Part shown: positions 50,999 through 59,678 of the stretch, in pieces | Numbering within the stretch: the first letter of the stretch is position 1 | Layout of the letters: each line of letters begins with the position of its first letter | DNA from: Bacteroidales bacterium | GTDB lineage: Bacteria; Bacteroidota; Bacteroidia; Bacteroidales; UBA10428 | DNA: 64,000 nt | Direction: 5' to 3' | Assembly (NCBI GenBank): GCA_050295515.1 | Contig: JBNKPU010000168.1 | Location: forward strand, 47,899-111,898 | The notes under the pieces: generated by a model | The model's database searches: none | What the model saw: only the letters and a program-made list of their open reading frames with translations | What the model was told of the DNA's origin: nothing | Translations under genes and position numbers: made by a program

Positions 50999-51006
50999 CA
51001 AATGTA
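50999..51006 (-). promoter_or_regulatory. candidate TAnnTTTG promoter element upstream of upxY
   Basis: The minus strand reads TACATTTG, about 25 nt upstream of ATG 50977. An alternative TATCTTTG lies at 51192-51199 inside the palindrome tctatctttaccaaagataga. Confidence 0.3.
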
Positions 51007-51306
51007 CTACTGATTGAAACCAATAACAAGAAGAAAAAAGTATTTGATTTTCTTACTAATGATAGCGCTGTTTTGTAGGAATTGTTTGTTTATGAAATAG
51101 AATTAGCATCTTCCTTAACCGCTCCCATAAAGGTATTGCCCGGGAATGAATCAAACCTCGCTCCGTCATGAATATAGGCTTCTATCTTTACCAAAGATAG
51201 AACAGGCTGTAGGCCTTATTTATTTCAACCTGATAGCATGGCCCCGGAGATGAACAATAAGAAATTCAAGGTTCTAGGTTGATAGAAAAGATGTATTCTT
51301 TCCCTA

Positions 51307-52113
51307 TTATCGACTACTAACAGGTGAAAAATAATTCAGCACCAAAAACAGTGTTGTAATAGCCCCTAATGTCAAAGATATAGTAGGTATATTGTTCCTG
51401 AAGTTTTTGCTTTTTACTGGCTCTACATATACTATATCGTTAGGTAAAAGGAAAAATCCTTCGGATTTTAGAAGATCTGTACTGGTTAGGTCAAAACGGT
51501 AAGTCTTGGTTCCTTCTACACCTGGCCTTATTACCATAACCTTTCTTCTGTTTCCGAAAGTTGTAACATCACCGGCCGCACTGATCGCCTCAAGAACGGT
51601 TAGCTGGTTATTAAAATTGGTAAACATCCCAGGATTAGCTACCTCACCCATTACAGAATATTTAAAGGAAATAAGTTTTACTATAACTGTCGGATCTTTT
51701 AAAAACTTGTCTGTCTGGGCTACTATTGCAGTTTTGGCCTCCTCAAGTGTTTTTCCAACCACATTTACCTTGCCTATGACCGGGATTTCAACATTGCCTG
51801 AGTCATTGACATTATATCCATAAATATAAAAACTGGCGGCGTTATTATAAACATTTGCACCATACATTGGGGTAGTGTTTATAACTTCTGTGACTTCCTT
51901 ATTCATTGAAATGATCCTGATAAACAATACATCGCGTTGTTGAATTTTATAATCGGGAAAGCTATAAGGGAAAAAGTTGATTGAATCGGCATTTGATTCT
52001 GCAGACTGCAGGTAAACCAAATCCTTATAGCGGGTACAGGACTGTAAGCCTAAAAAAAGGACTATCCCAGAATAGAATATTAGTTTATATATTTTATGAT
52101 TTAGTATTTTCAT
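51307..52113 (-). CDS. wza: polysaccharide export outer-membrane lipoprotein (Wza-like)
   Basis: The lipoprotein signal LFLGLQSC follows ATG 52113; the track start TTG 52176 is less likely. Poly_export-like DYKIQQRDVLFIRI is present, followed by an SLBB-like region. Confidence 0.8.
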   Translation of the reverse strand: MKILNHKIYKLIFYSGIVLFLGLQSCTRYKDLVYLQSAESNADSINFFPYSFPDYKIQQRDVLFIRIISMNKEVTEVINTTPMYGANVYNNAASFYIYGYNVNDSGNVEIPVIGKVNVVGKTLEEAKTAIVAQTDKFLKDPTVIVKLISFKYSVMGEVANPGMFTNFNNQLTVLEAISAAGDVTTFGNRRKVMVIRPGVEGTKTYRFDLTSTDLLKSEGFFLLPNDIVYVEPVKSKNFRNNIPTISLTLGAITTLFLVLNYFSPVSSR

Positions 52114-52308
52114 TGTTTTGCTATAAGTTCCAATTTTAGTTAAAAAAAATCTTTCCCTTAGAAAATAAAGATTCAAGTTAAAAATAAAACTTCATTTTTC
52201 AATATCTGATCCCTGTGGCAAATAATTACCAACAAAATGCCCTTAAACAATTAAGGGCGGCACAAAGGAGTATTAATTTAGCAGAATTCCAGGTATTATC
52301 AGAACGAC

Positions 52309-52503
52309 CTTAAACCCGAAATATGCCTTAGAAAATCTATTAACCTGAGTTCGATATAAGTCGTTTCACTTACTTGTTTCGGTTATTCATACTCACTTTA
52401 TTTTTATTGCATTCATGAACTCCCTATGGTCGGTTCATCATAGCGGTGCCTTCTATTTTTGCATTTTCAACCTTCATAACGAAGCTCTAATGCATAATCC
52501 GGG
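52309..52503 (-). repeat. mosaic MITE-like repeat, copy 3 (long form with internal insertion module)
   Basis: It contains both terminal arms plus the module accgaccatagggagttcatgaatgcaataaaaataaagtgagtatgaataac, shared with copy 1. It ends 3 bp from the gpmI terminator. Confidence 0.85.
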
Positions 52504-52505
52504 AT

Positions 52506-52537
52506 AAAAAAAACCGGGACTATAAAGGTCCCGGTTT
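52506..52537 (-). terminator. rho-independent terminator after gpmI
   Basis: The minus strand reads aaaccgggacctttatagtcccggtttttttt, a 7-8 bp GC-rich stem plus a T8 run. Confidence 0.8.
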
Positions 52538-52560
52538 AAATATTGAATTTGAAAAGTATC

Positions 52561-54075
52561 CTATACCAATACTTTTCCTGTCATATCAGCTGGCACTTCA
52601 AGCCCCATAATAGTCAGAAGGGTAGGGGCAACATCGGCAAGGATACCATCCTTAACACTTTTATATTTATCGCTTACTAGAATGCACGGTACCGGATTCA
52701 AAGAGTGAGCTGTATTTGGGCTGCCATCTTCGTTAACGGCATTATCGGCATTACCATGGTCAGCAATGATCATTGCTGTATAACCATTGTTTTTGGCGGC
52801 TTCAATAACATCACCAACACAAGAATCAACTGTTTCAACAGCTTTTACGATGGCTTCATAAATACCAGTATGTCCAACCATATCGCCGTTGGCGAAGTTA
52901 AGGGCAACGAAATCAACTTCACCCTTGTTGAGTTCTTCAACAATGGCATCGCGTACTTCAGGAGCACTCATTTCAGGTTGAAGGTCGTATGTGGCAACTT
53001 TTGGAGAATTTCTCAAAATCCTTGTCTCTCCAGGGAATTCATCCTCACGTCCACCGTTCATAAAGAAAGTAACGTGGGCATATTTCTCTGTCTCAGCAAT
53101 ACGGATTTGTTTTCCGCCGGCTTTAGAAACCACTTCTCCTATAGTGTTTTGTACATTTTGTTTGTCGAACAATACCTTTACACCTTTATAGTTCTCGTCA
53201 TAGGTAGTCATGGTAATGTAATTTAATGGAATGGTTTTCATCCCATGTTCAGGCATATCCTGTTGTGTAAGCACAGTGGTAATCTGGCGCAGACGGTCGG
53301 TACGGAAGTTGAAACAAATCACAACATCTCCTTCATTTATGGTGCCCACTGGCTTGTTTTCGCCATCAACCATTACAGTTGGTTTGATAAATTCATCGGT
53401 TACGCCTTCTGCATAAGATTCCTCAATTGTTTTTAGAACATCTGTTGAAGGGGTTCCTGTACCGTTTACCATCAGGTCATAGCCAAATTTAATACGTTCC
53501 CACCTTTTATCACGGTCCATTGAGTAGTAACGGCCAATCAGCGAAGCAATTTTTACCTTGCTGCCATCAAAGTGGGTCACAACTTCTTTCATAAAACCCA
53601 GTCCGCTTTTTGGATCAGTATCACGGCCGTCTGTTAAACAGTGAACAAATACATCATTTAGGTCAAAGTCAGCAGTAAGGTCTCCTAGTTTAAACAAGTG
53701 ATGGCTCATGGCATGAACCCCTCCAGGACCAATTAATCCTACAAAGTGGACAGCTTTATTGTTTTCCTTGGCATATTTATAGGCTTCAACCAATGTCTCG
53801 TTTTGGGCGATTGAATTGTCCTCAATTGCTTTATTTATACGCACAAGATCTTGATATACTACACGTCCTGCACCAATATTCAAGTGACCAACTTCAGAGT
53901 TGCCCATTTGTCCATCAGGAAGACCAACATTGTTTCCTGAAGTCAACAATTGTGAAGTTGGGTATTCAGCAGCAAGTTTGTCTATTACCGGTGTATTCGC
54001 CTGAAATACAACATCTCCTTTTCCGTGGTTTCCATTACCCCATCCGTCAAGTATTATCAGAATAGCTTTATCCAT
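52561..54075 (-). CDS. gpmI: 2,3-bisphosphoglycerate-independent phosphoglycerate mutase
   Basis: [22 protein letters not shown] and ADHGNA motifs are present. Confidence 0.95.
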   Translation of the reverse strand: MDKAILIILDGWGNGNHGKGDVVFQANTPVIDKLAAEYPTSQLLTSGNNVGLPDGQMGNSEVGHLNIGAGRVVYQDLVRINKAIEDNSIAQNETLVEAYKYAKENNKAVHFVGLIGPGGVHAMSHHLFKLGDLTADFDLNDVFVHCLTDGRDTDPKSGLGFMKEVVTHFDGSKVKIASLIGRYYSMDRDKRWERIKFGYDLMVNGTGTPSTDVLKTIEESYAEGVTDEFIKPTVMVDGENKPVGTINEGDVVICFNFRTDRLRQITTVLTQQDMPEHGMKTIPLNYITMTTYDENYKGVKVLFDKQNVQNTIGEVVSKAGGKQIRIAETEKYAHVTFFMNGGREDEFPGETRILRNSPKVATYDLQPEMSAPEVRDAIVEELNKGEVDFVALNFANGDMVGHTGIYEAIVKAVETVDSCVGDVIEAAKNNGYTAMIIADHGNADNAVNEDGSPNTAHSLNPVPCILVSDKYKSVKDGILADVAPTLLTIMGLEVPADMTGKVLV

Positions 54076-54131
54076 TTATCTATATTTTTAGATTTATTAT
54101 CTATGATTTTTTACCGTCAAAAAATGAGCGG

Positions 54132-54139
54132 CAAATATA
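54132..54139 (-). promoter_or_regulatory. candidate TAnnTTTG promoter element for gpmI
   Basis: The minus strand reads TATATTTG, about 57 nt upstream of ATG 54075. Support is a motif match only. Confidence 0.3.
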
Positions 54140-54321
54140 ATTATAAACAACCAAATAGCTGTTAAGTTCATGTGAATTTTGGACCAAAAAAGTCTGAAAA
54201 AAGCTGTTTTACAATACTGTAAGCTCACTACAAAGAAAGATAACGTTGGTTTGACTCTTTTTGAGTCGAATGTTATCATTTGAGACAATAGCCAGGGATT
54301 TGTTGATATATTGAGCATACA

Positions 54322-54329
54322 TAATTTTG
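54322..54329 (+). promoter_or_regulatory. candidate TAnnTTTG promoter element for the 54438 gene
   Basis: TAATTTTG lies about 110 nt upstream of ATG 54438. Support is a motif match only. Confidence 0.25.
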
Positions 54330-54437
54330 GCTTGTATCTTATTTTAGGTTTTTTCGTAAAATAATACTTTCCTATTTTATTGGATTACACCAAAATACTT
54401 TAGAAAAGCCAAAAATCTTATTAATCCTCTAGTTATC

Positions 54438-55859
54438 ATGGACCGAACCTATCAATTACAATTTTGCAAAGTCTGTAAAAACAGTCGTTTTTCTACTCAA
54501 CATGGAATAATATGTGGATTGACAAGAAAACCTGCGGAATTCAAACAATCCTGCGAGCATTTCCTGGAGGTTGAGAATACAAAAGACATGTCCAGTAAAC
54601 CTATAACAGTAGGTGCAAGCCGAGCTTCAAGGCAAAACTTTGGAAATTTGCTTTCCGGTTATTTGGTTTCTTTATACAGTGCATTGGCCATCTTTGCTTT
54701 CGCAGGTATAATAGGACTAAGCGGACTGTCAATTCTTATTATGTTTTTTGGTAGTCTCATAGCATTGGGATCAATAATTATGGCCATTTCAATGCTTTAT
54801 AAACTATGGAGTTATATTATTGTAGAATATAGTATTCAGGGTTTAAAATTACCAGTAAAAAGTGCCGGTCAGGCAATAGGGTATCTGTTTATTCCATTCT
54901 TTAATTTGTATTGGGTATTTGTTGCTATTGGCCAATTGCCGATTTGTCTGAATGAATTGGCCAGAACAAGGCAGGTAAAAATCAATATAGGAGCAAACCT
55001 GGGTTTTATTATAGGGTTTTTATCTCCTTTGGCAATAATTCCTTATGCTGGGACTTTTTTCGGTTTAGTTTCGGCCTTTATACTAATGCCTGTGTTGTTA
55101 ACCAAGGCAATTAAATCCATTGCACTAATTCCTCCTTATACCAGATCTACAGTAGGAGGATTACACATTACTGAAAAGATTGATAGTGCGGAGATAAGGG
55201 ATTTTCGAATGTTATTTAAAACAGATGACCAAGGGTATAATTTCAAATTTGGCTTTCTATTTATAATTGCAGCGTTACTTTATAATCTTACTTATAATCT
55301 GATTAATAATGGATTAAGTTTTGATAATTATAAAGAAATCTATTCTTATGCATACCTGTTTTTTGATGCATTCTTCATTTTTGCTCTCATACTCATAAGT
55401 GGTTCTGTTAATAAATTGCTTTTTGTAATTTTTTCAGCTCTTTTCTACACAATAAGTGCAGCTGGTAGTATGGCTGTATTTTTTTGGAATTACAAGCATT
55501 CTATTCTAGGTACATTTTGGGGTTTTATGAATATAAATACTATTCTGTCATATATTGTTTATGGTGTTCTGTTTGCAGTTAGTCTCGATTTTGTTGTTTC
55601 GAAATGGGGAATAAAATTCTGTGCCATTTTAATCGCAATACTGACCGCTTCGGTTTCAAATCAAATTATATGGATTGCTGAAAACATCATAAACTCTGAA
55701 GAATTCGACTTTAATTATGAGTCTTTACTTTTTTCTGTATTGCATGTCGTATTTATCAGTATAAGTATTTATGTTGGCTTTAAGTGGCATGTTAATTGGA
55801 CATCTGGTTATATTTTCAACAGTCAACCTAAAGAAATATTGGACTACAATTTAGAATAG
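54438..55859 (+). CDS. polytopic membrane protein with N-terminal Cys-rich zinc-ribbon-like segment
   Basis: CKVCKN...GIICGL...C...H at the N-terminus, then at least 10 hydrophobic helices. The segment GYLFIPFFNLYW is vaguely DUF4328-like. Function is unknown. Confidence 0.55.
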   Translation: MDRTYQLQFCKVCKNSRFSTQHGIICGLTRKPAEFKQSCEHFLEVENTKDMSSKPITVGASRASRQNFGNLLSGYLVSLYSALAIFAFAGIIGLSGLSILIMFFGSLIALGSIIMAISMLYKLWSYIIVEYSIQGLKLPVKSAGQAIGYLFIPFFNLYWVFVAIGQLPICLNELARTRQVKINIGANLGFIIGFLSPLAIIPYAGTFFGLVSAFILMPVLLTKAIKSIALIPPYTRSTVGGLHITEKIDSAEIRDFRMLFKTDDQGYNFKFGFLFIIAALLYNLTYNLINNGLSFDNYKEIYSYAYLFFDAFFIFALILISGSVNKLLFVIFSALFYTISAAGSMAVFFWNYKHSILGTFWGFMNINTILSYIVYGVLFAVSLDFVVSKWGIKFCAILIAILTASVSNQIIWIAENIINSEEFDFNYESLLFSVLHVVFISISIYVGFKWHVNWTSGYIFNSQPKEILDYNLE

Positions 55860-55866
55860 GAAATAG

Positions 55867-55905
55867 AAAAAAGGGCTTCAATGTTTTCAAATGAAATCCC
55901 TTTTT
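55867..55905. terminator. bidirectional hairpin between convergent genes
   Basis: aaaaagggcttca...tgaaatcccttttt is an imperfect stem flanked by an A-run and a T-run. It could serve both the 54438 gene and pepF. Confidence 0.55.
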
Positions 55906-55925
55906 CTATAAATCAAAATGGATTT

Positions 55926-57809
55926 TTACTTCTCATCCAAAAGTTTCTCAATTTCATCCATAATAGCATTCATGGCTTCGATAGTCTTATCGAAAGGTTC
56001 TGAAGATGTCATGTCCACTCCTGCTTTTTTCAACAGTTCGATCGGATAATCAGAACTGCCCGAGGACAAGAATTTAAGGTAATTGTCAACCATTCCTTTC
56101 TCTCCTTTAAGTACTTTTTCGGCCAATGATACCGAAGCTGTAAAGGAAGTACTGTACTGGTATACATAGAAATTATAATAAAAATGTGGGATGTATGCCC
56201 ATTCCATTTCAATATAATCATCTACATAGCAAATACCCTTGTCATGTCCGTAATAGCGTTTTACGATATCGGTATATAGTTTCGATAGATATTCTCCAGT
56301 CAAAGCTTCTCCCTTCTCAGCAGCTTCATGCGTTTTAAGTTCGAATTCGGCAAACTGGGTCTGCCGAAACAAGGTACCTTTAAAACCATCGAGCCGGCTC
56401 ATTAACAAAGACAGTTTTGCATCTTTGTCCTTTATTGTTTTAAGCATTTCAGCAAACAAAAGCTCTTCGTTAAAAGTGGAGGCTACTTCAGCTACAAAAA
56501 TGGGGTAGTCGGAAGTAGGATAAGGCTGGAATTTATTTGAAAAATAGCTTTGCATAGTATGCCCTAGTTCATGGGCAAGTGTACTAACATCATTATACTG
56601 TCCGTTGTAATTGAGCAAGATGTAAGGATGCATATCGTATGCAGAACCCTGCGAATATGCACCTGACCGTTTGCCTTTTGTTGGATAAACATCTATCCAG
56701 TTATTTTCAAAAGCTTTTTTTATTGTGCTTGTATATTCATCGCCTAGTGGAGCAAGTGCTTTTAGCACCATATCCTGAGCCTCTTCATATGAATACTCCA
56801 GGTTAATATCCTTAACAACAGGCGCATATAGGTCAAGGTATTTAATAGTGTCTACACCCAACATTCTTTTTTTAATTTTCAAATACCTGTGAAAGGCATC
56901 CAGGTTCTTGTTTACATTTTCGATAAGTGAATGATAGACATCTGTTGAGATATTCTGGGGGAACAGGGCTGCATCTAAAGCTGATTCGTATTTTCTGGCT
57001 TTGGCATAGAATATATCTTTATTTATTGTCCCAGAAAGCATCTCTCCAAAAGTGGCTTCGTATTTTTTAAAGTTTTCGAAAAAAACTTTAAAAACCAGTT
57101 CTCGATCATCCCTGTTTTCTGAAGCACGATATTTACTGAAACCTGCACTACTCAGGACAACTTTTTCACCTGTGCTAAGGGTTACTTCAGGATTGATCAT
57201 TTCAGCATTTTTATATGTGCTGTAAACCGAACTGGTTGTAGAAGCCATTGGACCTGTAAGAGCTAAAATTCTTTCTTCGGCTTCGCTAAGCGAGTGCTCT
57301 TGCTTACGGAATAGATCAAAAAGGCCCATCCTGTATTGCCCAAGTTTTGGCTCTTCTTTTATGAATCCTTCAATAGTCTTCCAGTCTGTGGTCAATATCT
57401 CCGGGTCGATAAAGGCCGCTTTGGTAGAAAAATCTGAGAAAACCTGCAGCATTTCTTTTTGCATGCCCGAATATTTCATGTTCTTGGTATCCTCATCGGA
57501 ATGCATACTAGCATAAACTAAAAGTAGAAGGGCTTGTTTGCTTAAGTCTGAATTAAACTCAAGGCAGGTTAGCAGTTGTCCTGCCGATTGGGTTAAGGTC
57601 CCTTTGAAAGATTCAATCTGGGGAATTTTTTCGACCAATTGATCTTTTGATTCCTTCCAGGCTTCTTCTGAAGGGAATAAATCGTTCAGGTCCCATTTGT
57701 ACTTGGATTCAATTTCATCTCTAGTTTTTTGACCGTTGATGTGTTGGACCCCTAAAATAAAAAGGATAAAAATTGCACTGATGGCGGCTTGTAATGTTTT
57801 GATTTTCAT
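55926..57809 (-). CDS. pepF: oligoendopeptidase F (M3B metallopeptidase), secreted
   Basis: HELGHTM zinc motif, signal peptide MKIKTLQAAISAIFILFILG, and length and pattern typical of PepF. Confidence 0.9.
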   Translation of the reverse strand: MKIKTLQAAISAIFILFILGVQHINGQKTRDEIESKYKWDLNDLFPSEEAWKESKDQLVEKIPQIESFKGTLTQSAGQLLTCLEFNSDLSKQALLLLVYASMHSDEDTKNMKYSGMQKEMLQVFSDFSTKAAFIDPEILTTDWKTIEGFIKEEPKLGQYRMGLFDLFRKQEHSLSEAEERILALTGPMASTTSSVYSTYKNAEMINPEVTLSTGEKVVLSSAGFSKYRASENRDDRELVFKVFFENFKKYEATFGEMLSGTINKDIFYAKARKYESALDAALFPQNISTDVYHSLIENVNKNLDAFHRYLKIKKRMLGVDTIKYLDLYAPVVKDINLEYSYEEAQDMVLKALAPLGDEYTSTIKKAFENNWIDVYPTKGKRSGAYSQGSAYDMHPYILLNYNGQYNDVSTLAHELGHTMQSYFSNKFQPYPTSDYPIFVAEVASTFNEELLFAEMLKTIKDKDAKLSLLMSRLDGFKGTLFRQTQFAEFELKTHEAAEKGEALTGEYLSKLYTDIVKRYYGHDKGICYVDDYIEMEWAYIPHFYYNFYVYQYSTSFTASVSLAEKVLKGEKGMVDNYLKFLSSGSSDYPIELLKKAGVDMTSSEPFDKTIEAMNAIMDEIEKLLDEK

Positions 57810-57952
57810 AGCAATATAATTAATAATATGACATTAAGCTTCCTATAACCAATAGGTAGCCTTTAACTTACTCTATAAATATTGCCGCTATAAATCGCTA
57901 AAGTAAATGAAAATCTTGAAGATCGAAAAAGGAAAAAGGAAATATATCTAGG

Positions 57953-58153
57953 GCTTGTTGAAAAAGTCAGAAAGTAGTGAGATGCGACTTGACAAAATGA
58001 AGACGTATTAGCATACTTCGAATTGCAGGCAAAGAGGTAGATTGCTACTTTCTGGCTAATACTTTCGGATTTATTATCAACTTTTTAGGTGCACATAATT
58101 TTAACCAGGATAATGTATTAGAACTTCGTTATGAAGGTTGAAAGTGTAAAAAA
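57953..58153 (+). repeat. mosaic repeat fragments (leader hairpin module plus isolated left arm)
   Basis: 57953-57985 gcttgttgaaaaagtcagaaagtagtgagatg matches 3637-3668. 58105-58153 ccaggataatgtattagaacttcgttatgaaggttgaaagtg matches the left arm of copies 2, 3 and 6. The 10 bp inverted pair cagaaagtag/ctactttctg spans 57968-58054. Confidence 0.7.
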
Positions 58154-58194
58154 TATTTACAAGCTTGATCAATTTTTTAAAGTTGCTTGCGGGA

Positions 58195-58480
58195 AGGGCT
58201 GAACGTTAAAAAGCAACACTAAATGTGTTGTTTTAGTGAGGAGCCAGCTTGCAGGGCTGATAAAAAAAAGTTGCTAGTGGGCGGCCTAGGCTTTTCTTGA
58301 TTTTTTGCTTACTTTTTCATCCAAGGAACCGAGCAAAGCAAGTTCATGAACCCATATAAAAATAAACGCATGTGAATAAAAAGTAAGAGCCCGTCCGGCT
58401 AGAGGACAAAGGTTATTGACAGCTAATCTGCCAAGTTTTTGCAGGATTTTTAAAAAAGCTGGTAGAATTACAAGGATATT
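58195..58480 (-). repeat. family-2 repeat, copy B (inverted partner of 25085-25345)
   Basis: 58289-58391 is the reverse complement of 25162-25264 with 1 mismatch in 103 bp. The 66 aa ORF predicted here has no counterpart ORF at copy A. Confidence 0.85.
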
Positions 58481-58537
58481 TATCAACGCAACTATTTTTA
58501 TTTAGTTGATTATGTCGTATTTCATTTTTAACTATTT

Positions 58538-58571
58538 AATAGATTTTCTAATGCATATTCAGGGTTAAAGC
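58538..58571 (+). repeat. isolated right arm of the MITE-like repeat
   Basis: aatagattttctaatgcatattcagggttaaagc matches the right terminus of copies 1 and 6. Confidence 0.7.
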
Positions 58572-58634
58572 AAAGCGCGTTTAGACTTACTAAGCTAAAA
58601 GGATAAGGGAAACGGATAGAAGGAAAACAAGACA

Positions 58635-58886
58635 GTCCGTAAGGAAAGACCAAATGCCGATAAGGAGTAGACAAAGGTCCATAAGGAATACAAGAATGTC
58701 AGGTAACTATAGCCGAAATGCTTTAAGGAATACAAGAACGTCCATAAGGAACGCACAAAGGTCCATAAGGAATGCACAAACGTCCATAAGGAATGCACAA
58801 ACCTCCATAAGGAACGCACAAACGTCCATAAGGAATGCACAAACCTCCATAAGGAACGCATAAACGCCTTTAAGGAACAAGCAAAC
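58635..58886 (+). repeat. 21 bp tandem repeat array, 12 units
   Basis: TAAGGA recurs at 58640, 58661, 58682, 58724, 58745, 58766, 58787, 58808, 58829, 58850 and 58871, with a degenerate unit at 58703. The six central units (58740-58865) follow GTCCATAAGGAAYGCACAAAS almost perfectly. Edge units degenerate, with weaker echoes back to about 58598. Confidence 0.9.
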
Positions 58887-58947
58887 CATTCTCCAATAAA
58901 TATTGGGGATTTAAATAAATAGTTTAATTAACCTAAATTTCAATTAA

Positions 58948-59637
58948 ATGGGAACAAAAAAAACGTTATTGGAAGCTGAAACATTAGAACAGTAACGTGT
59001 CGCATTGGAAAATGCAGAAAACCAAACCGAAATTGCATCCGTAATGGCTGAATTGGGCTATGACAATGCAGAAATCACAGAAGGCAAGGCATTACTGGTT
59101 ACCACACGCCAAGCCTATGATTTCAACCAAACAGAAGACGAGGCATACGAGGGTTTTTCAAGTGTAAAATCAGAGCTGGAATCTACTTACAGGTCACATC
59201 GCAAAAAAGCGAAAGTCGTGTTCAGAAAAGATTCGCTTACAATGGATAAGCTGTCAATTTCTGGCAGTATTCCGCAGGCGTTTGTTCGCTTGTTGGAAAA
59301 AGCTAAAAAGTTTTATTCCACAGCAGGCGCAGATGAAGATATCCAAAACAAGCTGGCAAGGTTACAAATATCAGTAGAGGATATTACTGCTGGTGGTAAA
59401 CTAATAACTGATGTAGAAGCAGCAAGGGCTTTATACCTTAGAGAAAAAGGTGAATCACAAAATGCAACAAAAGTAAAAGATGCTGCATTTGCCAAACCAG
59501 ACCAACGTTTGCGGGAAGAGCTTACAAAACCATCCTGGTTTACCAAAAAGGCATTAGACTTTTCCCCTACACAAAAAAATAAATTAGCTCAGCTGAGCTC
59601 CACTTCGTTCCGGTTCGTGCTCCGTCAGCAACTTTAA
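58948..59637 (+). pseudogene. helical hypothetical protein interrupted by an in-frame TAA (candidate pseudogene)
   Basis: ATG 58948 opens MGTKKTLLEAETLEQ, then TAA at 58993-58995. The same frame continues into the 210 aa ORF from TTG 59005 (ENAENQTEIASVMAELGYDNAEITEGKAL). Alternatively the TTG start is genuine. Confidence 0.35.
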
Positions 59638-59678
59638 TGCAGTTTGCTAGAGAAACAAAGAGTAGTATAAACATTAAA

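Noticed and set aside
17499-52113. The polysaccharide locus as a mobile genomic island or ICE.
   Set aside because: No integrase, transposase, tRNA target or direct-repeat att sites were seen in the window. Only small non-autonomous repeats are present. Horizontal exchange is possible, but mobility is not supported.
54097-54318. 73 aa minus-strand ORF upstream of gpmI.
   Set aside because: It lies in the divergent promoter region between gpmI and the 54438 gene and contains the candidate gpmI promoter. It has no motif and is probably spurious.
58286-58486. 66 aa ORF on the minus strand.
   Set aside because: It lies entirely within family-2 repeat copy B. The near-identical copy A at 25.1-25.3 kb has no ORF of 60 aa or more, so the frame is not conserved.
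58595-58889. Three overlapping ORFs (58595-58861 minus, 58654-58863 plus, 58707-58889 minus) encoding heptad-repeat peptides.
   Set aside because: They are mutually exclusive frames of the same 21 bp array. A period divisible by 3 keeps most frames open by construction. There is no independent coding signal.
58590-58890. Possible CRISPR array, because of regularly spaced repeats.
   Set aside because: The 21 bp units are directly contiguous with no unique spacers. The units are shorter than typical CRISPR repeats, and no cas genes are nearby. It is a simple tandem repeat.
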